Counted from the first letter of the whole stretch, positions 25,811-40,836 are shown. The stretch: DNA of 63,408 nucleotides, filler included, from Octopus bimaculoides (GCF_001194135.2; 7 parts of 6 records of this genome joined end to end with filler, not necessarily neighbours in it); one strand, 5' to 3'. The notes: generated from the letters alone by a model not told the origin. Translations and numbers: made by a program.

Positions 25811-26512
25811 TTGGTTCTTTTTATAGTTTTCTCAAATTGTGAAATTGCAATGAATATATCCTCCATCCTTATCATTCTCTTCCTCCCTCCTTCCCTCCCT
25901 CCCTTTCTCACGCGCACACTTTTCCTCCCCCACCTCTCTCAGTCTCCCTCTCAATCTCTCTCTCTCGCTCTCTCTCTTTCTATGCGCATCTTTGTCTTTC
26001 ACTCTCTCTCTCGCTTTCTCTCTCTCTCTCTCTCTCTCTCCCTCTCACTTGTTAATCTTCTCTCTCTCTCTCTTTGATTCTAATTCTCTCTCTTTACCCC
26101 CAAATCCCTGCCAATCTGCATCAGTCTCTTTCCTCTGTATTTCAACGTGTTTCCCTCTCCAACCGTCCCTCTCTCTCTCTCTCTCCATATATATATTTCT
26201 CTCTCTACATATCTTCCTTACTCTTTCTTTCTCTTTCCCTGTCTCTCATTCTTTCTGTCTCTTTCTTTTGGTGTCTTGTATACATACATATATATATATA
26301 TATTTATATATATCTGTGTGTGTGTGCCTGTGTGTATGTGTACATGTATACATATATACATATGCATATATATGCATATGTATATATTAAATTACTTTCT
26401 TTTCATAAATTCTAAAATTGTTGTTGCATATTGATTTTCTTTCCTTTTCTTAAGTCTTTCTTTTGTGTTCCTTCTTCCTCTTCTTTTCTTCCTATCATTC
26501 TCTCGCCCCCCC

Positions 26513-26549
<37 letters not shown>

Positions 26550-26554
26550 CTTCC

Positions 26555-26692
26555 TAATCAAATATGTAAATTGAGTGAGAATAATTCAGATTATAGAACT
26601 TTCTCATTGATCCGTACTACTAGAGGGGAAGAGATAAAAAGCTAAGACATGCCATTTTTATTGATGCTTTCGCTATCCCACCTCCTCCATAC
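26555..26692 (+). repeat. Arm 1 of an inverted duplication (partner 29391-29530)
   Basis: TAATCAAATATGTAAATTGAGTGAGAATAATT..CTTTCTCATTGATCCGT..CTAGAGG..AAAGCTAAGACA present in reverse complement at 29391-29530. Confidence 0.85.
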
Positions 26693-28661
26693 ACACACAC
26701 ACACACAACTATGTTGTCCCAATACTTAAGCATATCAATACACACACGTACACACACACACATTGCTGCATTTTCTCTCTGTTACACGCGTATAGACACG
26801 CACATGCATATATTCACACACACACACACACACACACACATGCAACACCAATACCCTCTTGTCCCTACACTAACACCCGCGCATGCACCCACATACTCAT
26901 CGCCATATTTTCTCTCCGCTTCAAATATATACACGCACACATACATACACACATCGCCATCATATTCTTCCACTACACACATGCACACACACGCCCATGC
27001 GCGCACACAGAGACACACACTGACACACACAGTCTCACACATACATGCACATGCACATGCACACACACAGACAGAAACACATACATGCATACATGTACAC
27101 ACGCACACACAGACACACACATGCACATGCACACATACGTACACGTAAGCACACGCACGTGCACACACACAGATACAAGCACACATGAATACATGTACAC
27201 ACGCACACACATGTAGACACAGACTCACACACACATGCATACATGTACACACGCACGTGCACACACACAGACATACACAGACTCACACATACATGCACAT
27301 GCACATGCACACGCACGCACACAAACAGACACACAAACGTACACATGCAGACATTCAAAGAAATACACAAGCCGCCATCTTCTCTCTCCGCTACGTGCAC
27401 AAACCGCCATATTTCTTTCCCCCGTCACACATACAAAACTAACAACTGCAGAACACGTTCATAAAGATTACATGCACACAAGACAAATAATGAAATGCAA
27501 ACTGGCGAACAGAACGAATGAAAGAATTTCGATATGACAATTGATTCACTCAAATTATAAATATTTTTCCTTTTTCTTGTTCATGTTGTTCTTATTGTAC
27601 TTAACGAAAATATAATTTAATTTTTTTTCTTCATCGTCTGACAAATTTTCAATATGGAAGCTATGATAAAACTGATTTCTGTTAACTAAGAACAATGCGT
27701 ATTTTTTTTTATGTTTTCTTTTTTTTTTTTTAATAACAGAAGGGATATTTCGAGTTGGTTGAACTGACGTCAGTAATATACAAACTGGGCCCTAATTTCA
27801 TTGATACAACCACAACAATACAACCACAACCACAACAGTAACTCCACAGAGCACAAGAAACGATAAATGACACTCGGATTTGTTTTTGTTGTAGTTTTAC
27901 TTTTAATTTCTGAGTTCAAATCTGGTGTCTCGTTCTTCCGGGGGCGGTGGGGGGTAGGGGACGTTAACAATCACTTAACAATGGTAACAAGCTCTATTCC
28001 TCCCTGACTCTGGCCCACACTCCCTCACTTGCGAACTTTCTCTTATGCGAAGTGAGAAATTACCGTTATCATCATCGCCACCATCATCTTCATCATCATC
28101 TTCATCTTCATCATCATCATCATCATCATCATCATAATCAACAAAATCAACATCGATTTCCCCATCATATTTATCATCGTCATCATAGCATCGCGACCAT
28201 TATCAACATCATCATCATAATTATCTTCATTAACGTCATCGTCGTCGTTGTCGTCATTATCATCATCATCACCATCATCATCCCCATCATCACCATCCTC
28301 ATCATTATGGTCATCATCATCATCATCATCGTCATCACCATCATGATCACCATCGTAAACTTAACATCAATAGGATTGCCTTCGTTTTGCCATTATCATT
28401 GTCCCCCATCGCCACCATTCCCGCCACCACTACCTGTCATCATCACAATCATCATCACCACTACCACCGCCCCATCAGCATAATCACCATTGTCACTATG
28501 ATCATAATCATTCTTCTACTTCTTCTTCTGCTACTACTACTACTTCAGCAGCAGCAGCCGCAGTAGCAGTACCACCCACACCGTCATCATCCTCGCCCCA
28601 ATCCCCACCGCCACCACCACAATCAGGATCAGCCTCATTATTGCTACTGAGCAACTGGACG

Positions 28662-28885
28662 ACGGCCAGCAAGCAGAACCGTTAGCGCGCCAGATAAAAT
28701 GTTTAGCGCGCATTTCGTCCGCCTTGGCAATCTGAATTCAAATTCCACCGTAGTTGACTTTGCCTCTCATACTTTCGGGGCCGGTAAAATAAATACCAGT
28801 CAAGCACTGGGGTCGATTTGTTCGATTAAACACTTCAAGGGGGTGCTTCAGCTTGGCCGCTGGCCAATAACTGAGACAAGTAAAA
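28662..28885 (+). mobile_element. SINE family B, degenerate
   Basis: GCAGAACCGTTAGCGCGCC..GAATTCAAATTCC..ACTGGGGTCGAT. Confidence 0.75.
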
Positions 28886-29629
28886 GGTAAAAGACATGTG
28901 TGCGTGCATGCACGTATATGTGTGTGTGTGCATGTGTGTGTGTGTGTGTGCATGTGTGTGTGTGTGTGTGCATGTGTGTGTGTGTGTGTGTGCATACTGC
29001 TGACTACGTTTTATATTTCTTGCACTTTATCTTGCTGTCTGCCATTTACTGGTCAATATGTCTTGTCTTGTTCTTCTTCCATAGTATCTGTCTCACCTAT
29101 CAATTTTTCTATCTTATTGCTCACATTTTATTCATCTTATACTATACGTATGTACATATACATCCATGCATACACACACACACGCATACATGCACACACA
29201 CACACACACACACACTCATGTATACATATATGTATGTATATATGTGTATATATACATATTATATATCGGTTATATGTGCAGACATTTCTGTGTATAAGTA
29301 TATATATGTATATATGTATGCATGTATGTGCATTTAACAGGGAGCAAATACGTGTGTGGGGGGGGGGGACATATGTGTGTGTTAATGTGTGTGGAATGGA
29401 GGAGAAAGACGGCGGTGGGTACAGAAGCATCAATAACAATGGTGTGTCTTAGCTTTCTCCTCTAGTCGCACGGATCAATGAGAAAGATCAGTAATCTAAA
29501 TTATTCTCACTCAATTTACATATTTGATTAAGCGGGGAGAAGTGAGAGGAGGAGAGAGAGGGTGAGAAAGGAAGAGCGATAGAAGAGATGAAAAGGAAAT
29601 AGCGCAAGAAGTAAAAGCATAAATGGAAA

Positions 29630-31300
29630 CTTTAACGAACTCATAAAGGGAGTGCAGCTATATTGATGGGAAGTAAATATTAGAGGAATCTTGTTTTATC
29701 TCTGCTGGAAGACAATATATCGTAGAAATAGATTAAAAGTATAACTAACAGAAAGTAATGAAAAGTCATACAGCGTTTTTACATTTGTATCGAAAAACTG
29801 AACGATAAAGAATGTGCTTATAGAACTAATTTTAATTGTAAATCTAGTCGTTTCTGTTATGGCTTACCAAAAATTAACAGAAGCCAGATAATAAGTGAAG
29901 CATGCAAAGAATTCACAAGTATTGATATATTAATGTTTTATCATCAAACGATTTAAAATTAAAACCAATAGAAGCTGACCCAACATGTGAAACTCATCGC
30001 CTGATTAATTTTTTTAAGAAGTTATTTCTTAAACATATTAAAAGTTTTATAAGAGACGATCTAGATATGTTGATTCACCTTCAGAAAACGGTCAATTAAA
30101 AGTAGTAAATGTTTCTTTTGATGTAGTGAATACATACAGAACTATCTATCACCATTACGGAATAGAAGAGATAAATTTCTGGCTGGAAAATTTTTCAGAT
30201 AAAATACTGTGCGTATAGAATACTGCAAATTGAATGATTAAAATTACTGTTTTATATATCTCCAAAATTACTATTCTCAGTTAACTATTTCCGACAAAAA
30301 TATCTGGAACAGCGACGGGAACAAAAGTAACCTCAACGAACGGAGATTAAGAGAGATAACAAAATACCAACAATCGTTATAAAATCACGGTTTCAATCTA
30401 TTTATTCGAGAGAATCGGTGAAGTTTCTCATAGCCGACAGCTTCATTTCATTGAATAAAGGCATAGAGATATTAAACGGCTTAAATATTATATAATAGAA
30501 TAATATGACTCATAATGGAACACAGAGAAGAGAAACAACCATTTTTATACATTTTAGCAAAGAAAGTCAACAATGGATAGTGACGTATATTATAAACCTG
30601 CAGACTCGAATCAATATCCACTTGTTACATAGTGTTGCCCAAAACACACATAAAAAATATTCCATTTGATTTAGCCAAATTGTTATGTGCAATTGCGTCC
30701 GCTTTATTTATTCGTCAAATATGACTTCAGAATCTTAAAAAAGAAATTCAACGACCGACATTATGCACCATTCTTAATTATGGGATACAACAAACGAAGG
30801 CAATCGATGTTTGGGACAGAAAAACAAATAACCTACCTGAATGGAAATATTATCCCTCTATCCTAAGGTACAGTATTCTTCGAAATGTACCAATGCTGAA
30901 ACACTGAAACAAGGATGAATCAGGTTCTACAAGCAGACGATAGGAAACTGAAAAAAAAAACAACCAAAATAATTAAAGAAAATAAATTAACAAGTAAGAA
31001 ATTACATCCAAAAACAAAGATCTAACAGTGAAAAAATATGTGACGTAACCGTGGTATAGTTTTCAGTTGGTCGAACGTCCTAATTGCATTTTTTTAAAAA
31101 AAGGATACTGTTTAAAAGTAAAGGATTATTTTTACTTATTTCTGTAAACCCTGTATATTTAATAGCATGTTTCGGTTGGGCAAATAATCATATGGGACAA
31201 ACTAGAATGTGTTTAAGCAAACGAATGATAAGGCGTAGACAACAAATTAGATTTCCCGACAACAAACAAATAACCTTTTAATGAAGATATAGATAGATGT
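29630..31300 (+). pseudogene. Degraded Penelope-like element: RT and GIY-YIG remnants
   Basis: THKGSAAILM, PTCETHRLINF..KHIKSFIRDDLD, VSFDVVN (30111), DSDVYYKPADSNQY (30577), and NPVYLIAC..HMGQTRMCLSKRM..RQQIR, in the correct PLE order; heavily disrupted. Confidence 0.8.
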
Positions 31301-31490
31301 AATGGTAAACGTCATCCGAATTTTAAATAATTCCCGTTATGTTAGTTTGTTCATGGAACATCTGAACAACAGCTGATCAATAAAGAGATTGCCATTAATT
31401 GAAAAATCGACCGCGTTTAAAGATATATAATTAATCAATAAGTCGATTTTTAATTAATATATATTATTAGCTTTATTGATGTTATTATTA

Positions 31491-31527
<37 letters not shown>

Positions 31528-31989
31528 GCAAAGAGCATTAAATGCAATATTATTTCCCCGTTTGCCGTTAACAACATTCATTTATCACTTCGTCTGCAAC
31601 TCTCGATAGCATCCAATTATGAAATTAATAAATGAAAACAACAACTTCAATTACAAGTACAAAAATAATTGCTAAAAGTGAATCCGGTTGGGTACAGGAA
31701 CATTTTGAACACAAAGAGACTGTTTATAAAGATTTCAGTAAATGTCTTGGTTTATTTTTGTACACATACAGACATACACACACAGAGAAACACAAACACA
31801 CACACACGTATGTGCGTATATATGTGCGCGAGTGTATGCATGTATATCTATATATTGTATATACAAATATACACAGCCAGGTGTATGGAAATAAACAAAT
31901 AAATATATACACATATATATATACAAGTGTGTGTGTGTGTGTACAGATATCTGAATATATGTATATATTTATTAGATAGACAGACAAGC

Positions 31990-32072
<83 letters not shown>

Positions 32073-32421
32073 CAGGCAGACAGACAGATGGATATAATTC
32101 GCAGTCGACGGATCATGTCTGAAAATAAATATATAATACTGTAAAATGCCTGAGGGTTTGTGGTGTAGCCTTGGAAGGTCTGCTGTCCATTTCCAGCAAG
32201 AAACATCTGTCACATCGGCAACCAAATATTTATTATAATTATCATTGTTGCTGTTGTTGTTTTATTATCATTAATATTATTAGTGCTGTTGTTGTTGTTG
32301 CTTGTAACATTAGTTGGGATAGAGGGAGGAGGGGGAGGAAGAGAAGGAGAGGGTAAGGTTATATTATTAAAATAATTATGAAATGATGATTCCATACATT
32401 ATTATAACGCGGCTCTTTTAT

Positions 32422-32423
<2 letters not shown>

Positions 32424-32478
<55 letters not shown>
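32424..32478. repeat. (TAG)n microsatellite
   Basis: Direct reading. Confidence 0.95.
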
Positions 32479-32696
32479 AAATGAAATAAATGGCAAAGGA
32501 ACAGGAGATATGCAATGAAATTCCCTACCTTACAGCTGTTTCTGCTATAGCATGCATGCACTCGGAGCTAAGAGCTTGTACCTCACCTGATATTAAGAAT
32601 GAGTTCTAACACCAGGCTATTAGTATCCGTAATCCTACGCGAAACATTACAATATATTTGCAGTCGTATGTATTTATCGATATGTATATATGTACT

Positions 32697-32774
<78 letters not shown>

Positions 32775-33295
32775 NNNNNNNNNNNNNNNNNNNNNNNNNN
32801 NNNNNNNNNNNNNNNNNNNNNNNNNNNNNNNNNNNNNNNNNNNNNNNNNNNNNNNNNNNNNNNNNNNNNNNNNNNNNNNNNNNNNNNNNNNNNNNNNNNN
32901 NNNNNNNNNNNNNNNNNNNNNNNNNNNNNNNNNNNNNNNNNNNNNNNNNNNNNNNNNNNNNNNNNNNNNNNNNNNNNNNNNNNNNNNNNNNNNNNNNNNN
33001 NNNNNNNNNNNNNNNNNNNNNNNNNNNNNNNNNNNNNNNNNNNNNNNNNNNNNNNNNNNNNNNNNNNNNNNNNNNNNNNNNNNNNNNNNNNNNNNNNNNN
33101 NNNNNNNNNNNNNNNNNNNNNNNNNNNNNNNNNNNNNNNNNNNNNNNNNNNNNNNNNNNNNNNNNNNNNNNNNNNNNNNNNNNNNNNNNNNNNNNNNNNN
33201 NNNNNNNNNNNNNNNNNNNNNNNNNNNNNNNNNNNNNNNNNNNNNNNNNNNNNNNNNNNNNNNNNNNNNNNNNNNNNNNNNNNNNNNNNNNNNNN

Positions 33296-33355
<60 letters not shown>

Positions 33356-36070
33356 GCATATTTGAAAAGATATTGTTTCTGTCGTTGTGTTGTTTTCTAA
33401 TATAAATAATAACTTTATAATTCCATTCCTTTTTTTTTCTTCTTGTTCTTGTTCTGGTTTGGGCTTCCTGAAATGTCAACTAAGAACTCATTATGTTATG
33501 TTATCATGACTACCAACCAAACAGCCCACCAACCAGCCGTCCAGCCGTCCAGCAAACCTTCTAACCACCCAGCCAAGTACAATGATCAACGAACCAAAAT
33601 ACCGAATCCTTAACACGAAAAAGAAAAGGATTTCTGTTGTTCTTGTTGTGGTTGTTAAGTATATGACATAATGAAGTGGTAAGTACAGATGAGGAAGTAC
33701 TTGAAAAATATGTAGCCATTTTGTTTGGGAAAGAGAGAGACGGATTGAAAGAGGAGGTAAGAGTGAACAATGGCGGCTGATGTGAAGAATGGTAACTTGT
33801 GGTAGGTTTCACTGTCAAACGAAATGAAAAAAAAAGACGAACAATGAGGTTTGATCCTTCACAATAGCAGAACTAGGTCTAAAAATATCAGCACTGAATG
33901 GAGAAATCTCGGTAATTTTATTGAGGTTTTTTGTATTTTATACAATTTGCTGCACACATCACACACATACATATATATATAGATACATACATACCTATAG
34001 ATATGTATAAATGGTTGTATACACACACACGCACATATATATATACATATATATACATATATATGTATAATCTATGTATATGTTGTCTTCATAAAACAGT
34101 ATTCGGTTTTACGTTCAAATCTGCCATTTTGTTTCAGTTATTTTTTTTTTCATATTTCTCTTATTTTTAACTTTCAGGTTCCATAGAATTTTTACCGTTT
34201 ACTTCCACATCAAACACACAAATAGGACTATAGGATTACATATATATATATATATATATATATANNNNNNNNNNNNNNNNNNNNNNNNNNNNNNNNNNNN
34301 NNNNNNNNNNNNNNNNNNNNNNNNNNNNNNNNNNNNNNNNNNNNNNNNNNNNNNNNNNNNNNNNNNNNNNNNNNNNNNNNNNNNNNNNNNNNNNNNNNNN
34401 NNNNNNNNNNNNNNNNNNNNNNNNNNNNNNNNNNNNNNNNNNNNNNNNNNNNNNNNNNNNNNNNNNNNNNNNNNNNNNNNNNNNNNNNNNNNNNNNNNNN
34501 NNNNNNNNNNNNNNNNNNNNNNNNNNNNNNNNNNNNNNNNNNNNNNNNNNNNNNNNNNNNNNNNNNNNNNNNNNNNNNNNNNNNNNNNNNNNNNNNNNNN
34601 NNNNNNNNNNNNNNNNNNNNNNNNNNNNNNNNNNNNNNNNNNNNNNNNNNNNNNNNNNNNNNNNNNNNNNNNNNNNNNNNNNNNNNNNNNNNNNNNNNNN
34701 NNNNNNNNNNNNNNNNNNNNNNNNNNNNNNNNNNNNNNNNNNNNNNNNNNNNNNNNNNNNNNNNNNNNNNNNNNNNNNNNNNNNNNNNNNNNNNNNNNNN
34801 NNNNNNNNNNNNNNNNNNNNNNNNNNNNNNNNNNNNNNNNNNNNNNNNNNNNNNNNNNNNNNNNNNNNNNNNNNNNNNNNNNNNNNNNNNNNNNNNNNNN
34901 NNNNNNNNNNNNNNNNNNNNNNNNNNNNNNNNNNNNNNNNNNNNNNNNNNNNCACACACATACATATATATATAGATACATACATACCTATAGATATGTA
35001 TAAATGGTTGTATACACACACACGCACATATATATATACATATATATACTTAAACAATTTTTATACGTGTGAATATTTGCATACATGTGTATATGTGTGT
35101 GTATCTATATGATCATATATGTATATATGTTCGTATATGTATGTGTGTAGTCGTCTGCTTTTGTTTTCAATAGATTTTTTTAATAGATTTTTTTTTTTGG
35201 GGTTTGGTTTTTATGAGAATCGGAGATGTGGAATGGAGTGGAGAGAAGGGTCGGAATCTTCGTTATTGACAGTTGTCAAGTGGCACGCGATAAACGACAT
35301 GTTTAAGACAATTGAATATTAAAGACAAAGGACTCCATTGTTGCTCACCTCCACCAACACAACAACAACAACAACAATATAGCTAAGAATAAAAATAACC
35401 ATAACAACAACAACAAAAGCTATATTAACTCTATGAATTAATGAGAGACCCTCTATGCGGTTACTCAACCTGCCAGAAACAGCAGCCTATTATCTCTCTT
35501 AACTGACATTTTACTGGCTTATAAAAAAATTAAAAGGTCGTACTAGAAAATGTTGTCATGTATGAGGAAAAAGGCGGGATGGTCACGCTAAGAATAGCAC
35601 TAACAATCGTCACAATAATAACAATATTTATGTGAAGAAAAAGCAATACTCCTGACAACAAGAACAACAACGACAACAACAACAGCCTTAACAGCAGCCA
35701 CAGCAACAATAACATGCGCGGTTTCTCTGAAAGAAACGCTCAGCTATCGCAACATTACACAATAATTGGATTAACAAGACTGATAACGACAACAATATTA
35801 AGGAAAGCAAAGTCTTTCAGAACAGCAACCATGCCATCAACAATAACGCTACGATAAAACAATTATCATATCGACTGCCATCTCAGCAACCACGGCAATA
35901 ACAACAAGAATAACAATAACAAAAACAGAAGCCGGAAGTACGATGACATCAGAACAACCACAACAACAACAGCAATAACAACAAAAGTAATACGTGTCAG
36001 CTGTAGTAAAACCACAACAACAATAATAATCGGGGTGCACTTTTAATTTCTCGAATGACACTTTCGAGAG

Positions 36071-36356
36071 CAGATGTCCAATTTTGGCGGCACCTTCTTG
36101 TGCAATGCATGCTCTCACCCACCGGATGTCCAATTCTGGTGGCACCTTCTTCTTGTGCAATGCATGCTCTCACCCACCGGATGTCCAATTCTGGTGACAC
36201 CTTCTTGTGCAATGCATGCTCTCATCCACCGGATGTCCAATTCTGGTGGCACCTTCTTGTGCAATGCAAGCTCTCATCCATCGGAAGTCCAATTCTGGTG
36301 AAACCTTCTTGTGCAATGCATGCTGTCATCCACCGGATGTCTAATTCTGATGGCAC
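36071..36356. repeat. Minisatellite, ~5.5 copies of a 52-bp unit
   Basis: Consensus CGGATGTCCAATTCTGGTGGCACCTTCTTGTGCAATGCATGCTCTCATCCAC; units start 36071, 36123 (55 bp), 36178, 36230, 36282, 36334 (partial). Confidence 0.95.
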
Positions 36357-37474
36357 GTCTAAATCCTTCATGTTCATCACTCACCAGCCTAACAATACTC
36401 GAATAAGGATAAGATCTTCGTTCCTATAAATGGCACAAAACCTTTCGAAATGTGCTTCGGAGGGGACTCTTCAGCACTACCATAATGTTTCCCTTAATTC
36501 ACGTAATCAATATCACACCATATTCCTCTCCAAGAATTTTCCACTTTGATCATTCCACCTGACCATTCCTATGAAACGATTCTTTCTGCTGCTTTTCCCC
36601 AGACGTCTGACTCTACTGCTACGCTAATAAGTTCAATCCGTCGTCTTTCTTCAGTGATTTCTTGGGCCCATGGTTTGCCTCGGTTTTCCTTCTTCCAGTT
36701 TGTAAAGCAACACTTGCAAAATAACGAACTTTTTTTTATGTTTTTGTTGGAATTTCAGTGACTCTCGTCGCAGGTGCAGCCAACTGTTGCATCGAATCTT
36801 GGGATGCATCTAGAGGGGGTAGCCGCAAGTGATTATGATCGTCGTGGTCAACGTCGTCGATATCGTCATGGAGTTGTTGTTGTGGGTGGTGGTGGCGGCG
36901 GCGGTAGCAGTGAGAGTGGGGGTGGAATTGGAAGCAGTCTCGTTTGTTACTTTGTTGTTGCAGTTCTCTTTTGGAATTGCTAGCTTGGAAAGATCTTCAT
37001 GTACTCGAGTGTCCTTGCTGTTGTTATCGTTGTTGTTGTCATCGTCTTGATCTTGCTGCTGCTGCTTATGATGATGATGATTATGATGATACAGTTGTTG
37101 CTATTGTTGTCGTTACTGTAGTTGGGTTTTTTTTTCTGCAATATTTGTTGCTATTGATAGTTTCTTCGTTATGCTTCAAATGTATCAGAGCAGACGACAG
37201 AAAACTTTTTCCTTTGACATCGTCTGTCGTTGCAATGACACTATCAGAAACGCTATTGCACTTTCTTCTCAGTCACACTCTGCTATGTTAATTACTTTTC
37301 TTTTTGACGGGTTAATGGTCTTTGTTTTGTTTTGTTTTTACAATAAGATAATTCTCCCTATTTGGAGAATCGGTAAAAAAGAAAAAAAAAGACTGAAAAA
37401 CTTATCAAAGTTTTATATTGATGACCAAGAACTGCTCTAAAAAAGATAATGAAAGTAATAATGATTTCAAATTT

Positions 37475-37675
37475 TGGAACAAGGCCAGCAATTTCGGAGA
37501 ACCGGGTAAGTCAATTACATTGACCCCGGCCTTAAAATGGTCCTTGTTATATCGACCTCAAAAGAATAAAAGATAAAGTCGACCGCGGCGGAATTTGAAC
37601 CGAGAACGTGAAAACTGACTAAAATGCCGCTAAGCATTTTGACCGACGCGCTACCTATTCTGCCGTTTGAATAAC
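37475..37675 (-). mobile_element. SINE family B
   Basis: AAAGTCGACCGCGGCGGAATTTGAAC..AATGCCGCTAAGCATTT. Confidence 0.8.
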
Positions 37676-37678
37676 GCA

Positions 37679-38213
<535 letters not shown>

Positions 38214-38747
38214 GTTCCTTTGTTATGGTCACAAGTACAGCGGTTTACAAAGATATTGGATGAACGGGGTGAAAATGAGAAGATATATACATTATATGAG
38301 TTCTTAGAATCCCTTGAGAGGAGGACATCTAATTGGGAGGAGTCGGGAGGGTTAGGTCCACACATCCAGGATTTACCCCGACAATCAAAGATAAGTATTC
38401 TCTCCAAACTGTCATTCACTGACACACACGGGGGGGAGAATGAGGAAGAAAGGACGCTCCTGGTGGCCTTCTCGACGTTCTCATCATTCACGTTTAAATA
38501 AATTCACAGAAGAACAGAACTTCCTACTCAAAGCTTTTCTTCCTTTCTAAGTGGAGCCTCTAAAAGACGGCACGGAAGACTTTGTGAGCATTGCTGCTAC
38601 TGTGGCTACTGCTGTTGCTGCTCCTCTTCCTACTACTACTACCGCTACTACTACTACTAATATTAATTCTAATAGTGCTAATGAGTACAACAAAAACAAT
38701 AATAATGATAATGTGTCACTTTGATGGCATGCGTTGCTCTCTCACAC

Positions 38748-38811
<64 letters not shown>

Positions 38812-39405
38812 GCAACAACAAAAATAATAATACCGCGAATGGTATCTTTTTATTTGGCATCAGATTATGTAATTCTTATCGGAATATGTACAATCACGTT
38901 TAGAATTCTTATAAAAAGTCCTTTTTTCTCGAGTTTACTATTTTTCAGAGTTCCACATTTTTTTTACGTCCCTTTTTTATTATTATTTACCTTTTGTTTT
39001 TCATTTTTAACTTTTTTTATTATTTTTTTCTTTTAATTATATTTATTTATTTGTTTATTCTGTCATTTTTCTCATTAAGTGTAACTGGATCCCATCTTGA
39101 AGAGTAATAACCTGTACTGAAATGACAGCTGTTGAAATTTGAAGGTTTTCTGGGTAAACACAGTCATATCAAACATTCGAAACCATTTTATGTGAAGTGA
39201 AGGGGATTATGCTTTGTTGCTTGATGGATTCTTTATTGTTATTATTATTATTTTCTTTTAAATTCCAGTTTATTTATTTATTGAAGCTGGCGTTTCGAGT
39301 CTTTTTCTGTTGTCTTTTCTTACATGTAAACACGATATTAATGTGTATATGTCTGCGTATGTGTACGCGTGTGTAATATATAAATATCATATAGCATACA
39401 TATGT

Positions 39406-39440
<35 letters not shown>

Positions 39441-40634
39441 NNNNNNNNNNNNNNNNNNNNNNNNNNNNNNNNNNNNNNNNNNNNNNNNNNNNNNNNNNNN
39501 NNNNNNNNNNNNNNNNNNNNNNNNNNNNNNNNNNNNNNNNNNNNNNNNNNNNNNNNNNNNNNNNNNNNNNNNNNNNNNNNNNNNNNNNNNNNNNNNNNNN
39601 NNNNNNNNGTGTGTGGTGATTATTTTATATTTCATATTTCCATAAAATGTTTTGAGAGCTCATTCTATTCTCAAACAATTTTCATATAACTGTGCGTCTA
39701 TCACAGTTTCTCTGTCTTTCTTTCTTTCTATCTTTCTTTCTCTGAGTCTCTCTCTCTTCCTATCTTTCTTTCTCTTTCTCTCTCTCTCTCTCTTTCTTTC
39801 TTTCTACATTACATTCTCACGTTCTTTCTCTCTCCCAGTGTGTCTTCAACTCTATCTTTCTCGCTCCCTCTCCTTCTTTTCCCCTCCCCCGCTTCTCATT
39901 TCATCTTTTCATTCTTACTTTTTCTCTTTTCTTTACATCTCACGATGGTGGGTTAGTTGGCTAAGACAAAAGACATATTAAGACATCTTCTAGTTTTTGA
40001 TTACACCTCTTTAAATTACGTGTTCAATTCCAACCAAAGTACAACTTTGCAATTTTTCATTCTGAAGTTCAAAAAACAAATACCAGTGAAATCTTTGGTG
40101 AGATTTCGCAGACATTCTATCCTTCAAATTCTGTGGCCTTGTATCAAACTAACAAATCAATACTCATAAATACGATTGAGGAAGGATCGATCTGCTAGTA
40201 CCAACAGCCGATGCCCATTAGATCAAACCTTAGCCTCGTAGAAAGAAACACAATATGCATAATATGGTCAAAGCAGCAGCACCATTCCTAGTAGAAAGTC
40301 CAGATTTTCACAGATGTAAGGCCATCCATCAGAATGGTGTACAATTATATGCGATCTAAGATTATGTCTTAACGATAACTAAATAAACCAATGACAGATT
40401 CGCTAATATGTTGGAGAAATTGGAATTGACATGAGGGCAGAAAGTCCCTAAAACTATCCTCGACGATATTTAACATCTAAGTACCAAGTGTTATGACTCG
40501 AGGAAAGACACCTGAAAGACCCTGTGAGACCTTTGAAAACAGGTTGCTATCCGCTCTTGCAGAATTAACCGGAGCATGTGAGATCGAGTACTCTGAGAAG
40601 TAAAGTAAAATAACAACAAAACAACAACAATAAA

Positions 40635-40836
40635 TTTTCAAGTTTCGGCACAAAGCCAGCAATCTAGGGAACGGGTTAAGTCGATTACATCGACCCCAGC
40701 ATTCAACTGGTATTTATTTCATTGAAATGAAAGGTTAGACCGACCTTGGCGGAATTTGAACTCAGAACGTAGAATAGACGAAATGCTGCTAAACATTTCG
40801 AGCGACGTGCTAAAGATTCTCTCAGCTCGCCTCCTT
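40635..40836 (-). mobile_element. SINE family B
   Basis: GGCACAAAGCCAGCAA..TCGATTACATCGACCCCAG..GGAATTTGAACTCAGAACG. Confidence 0.8.

Noticed and set aside
25369-28483. Long poly-I/M/H/CV/TH ORFs in the track
   Set aside because: Translations of microsatellites; ORFs spanning N runs elsewhere are likewise artefacts.
33955-35048. Identical ~95-bp segments on either side of the 34265-34952 gap
   Set aside because: Typical unmerged overlap artefact.
36071-36356. Possible CRISPR array
   Set aside because: Contiguous units with no unique spacers, no cas genes, eukaryotic context.
40482-40599. Open frame ..MTRGKTPERPCETFENRLLSALAELTGACEIEYSE
   Set aside because: No pyrimidine tract at the acceptor; within chance expectation.
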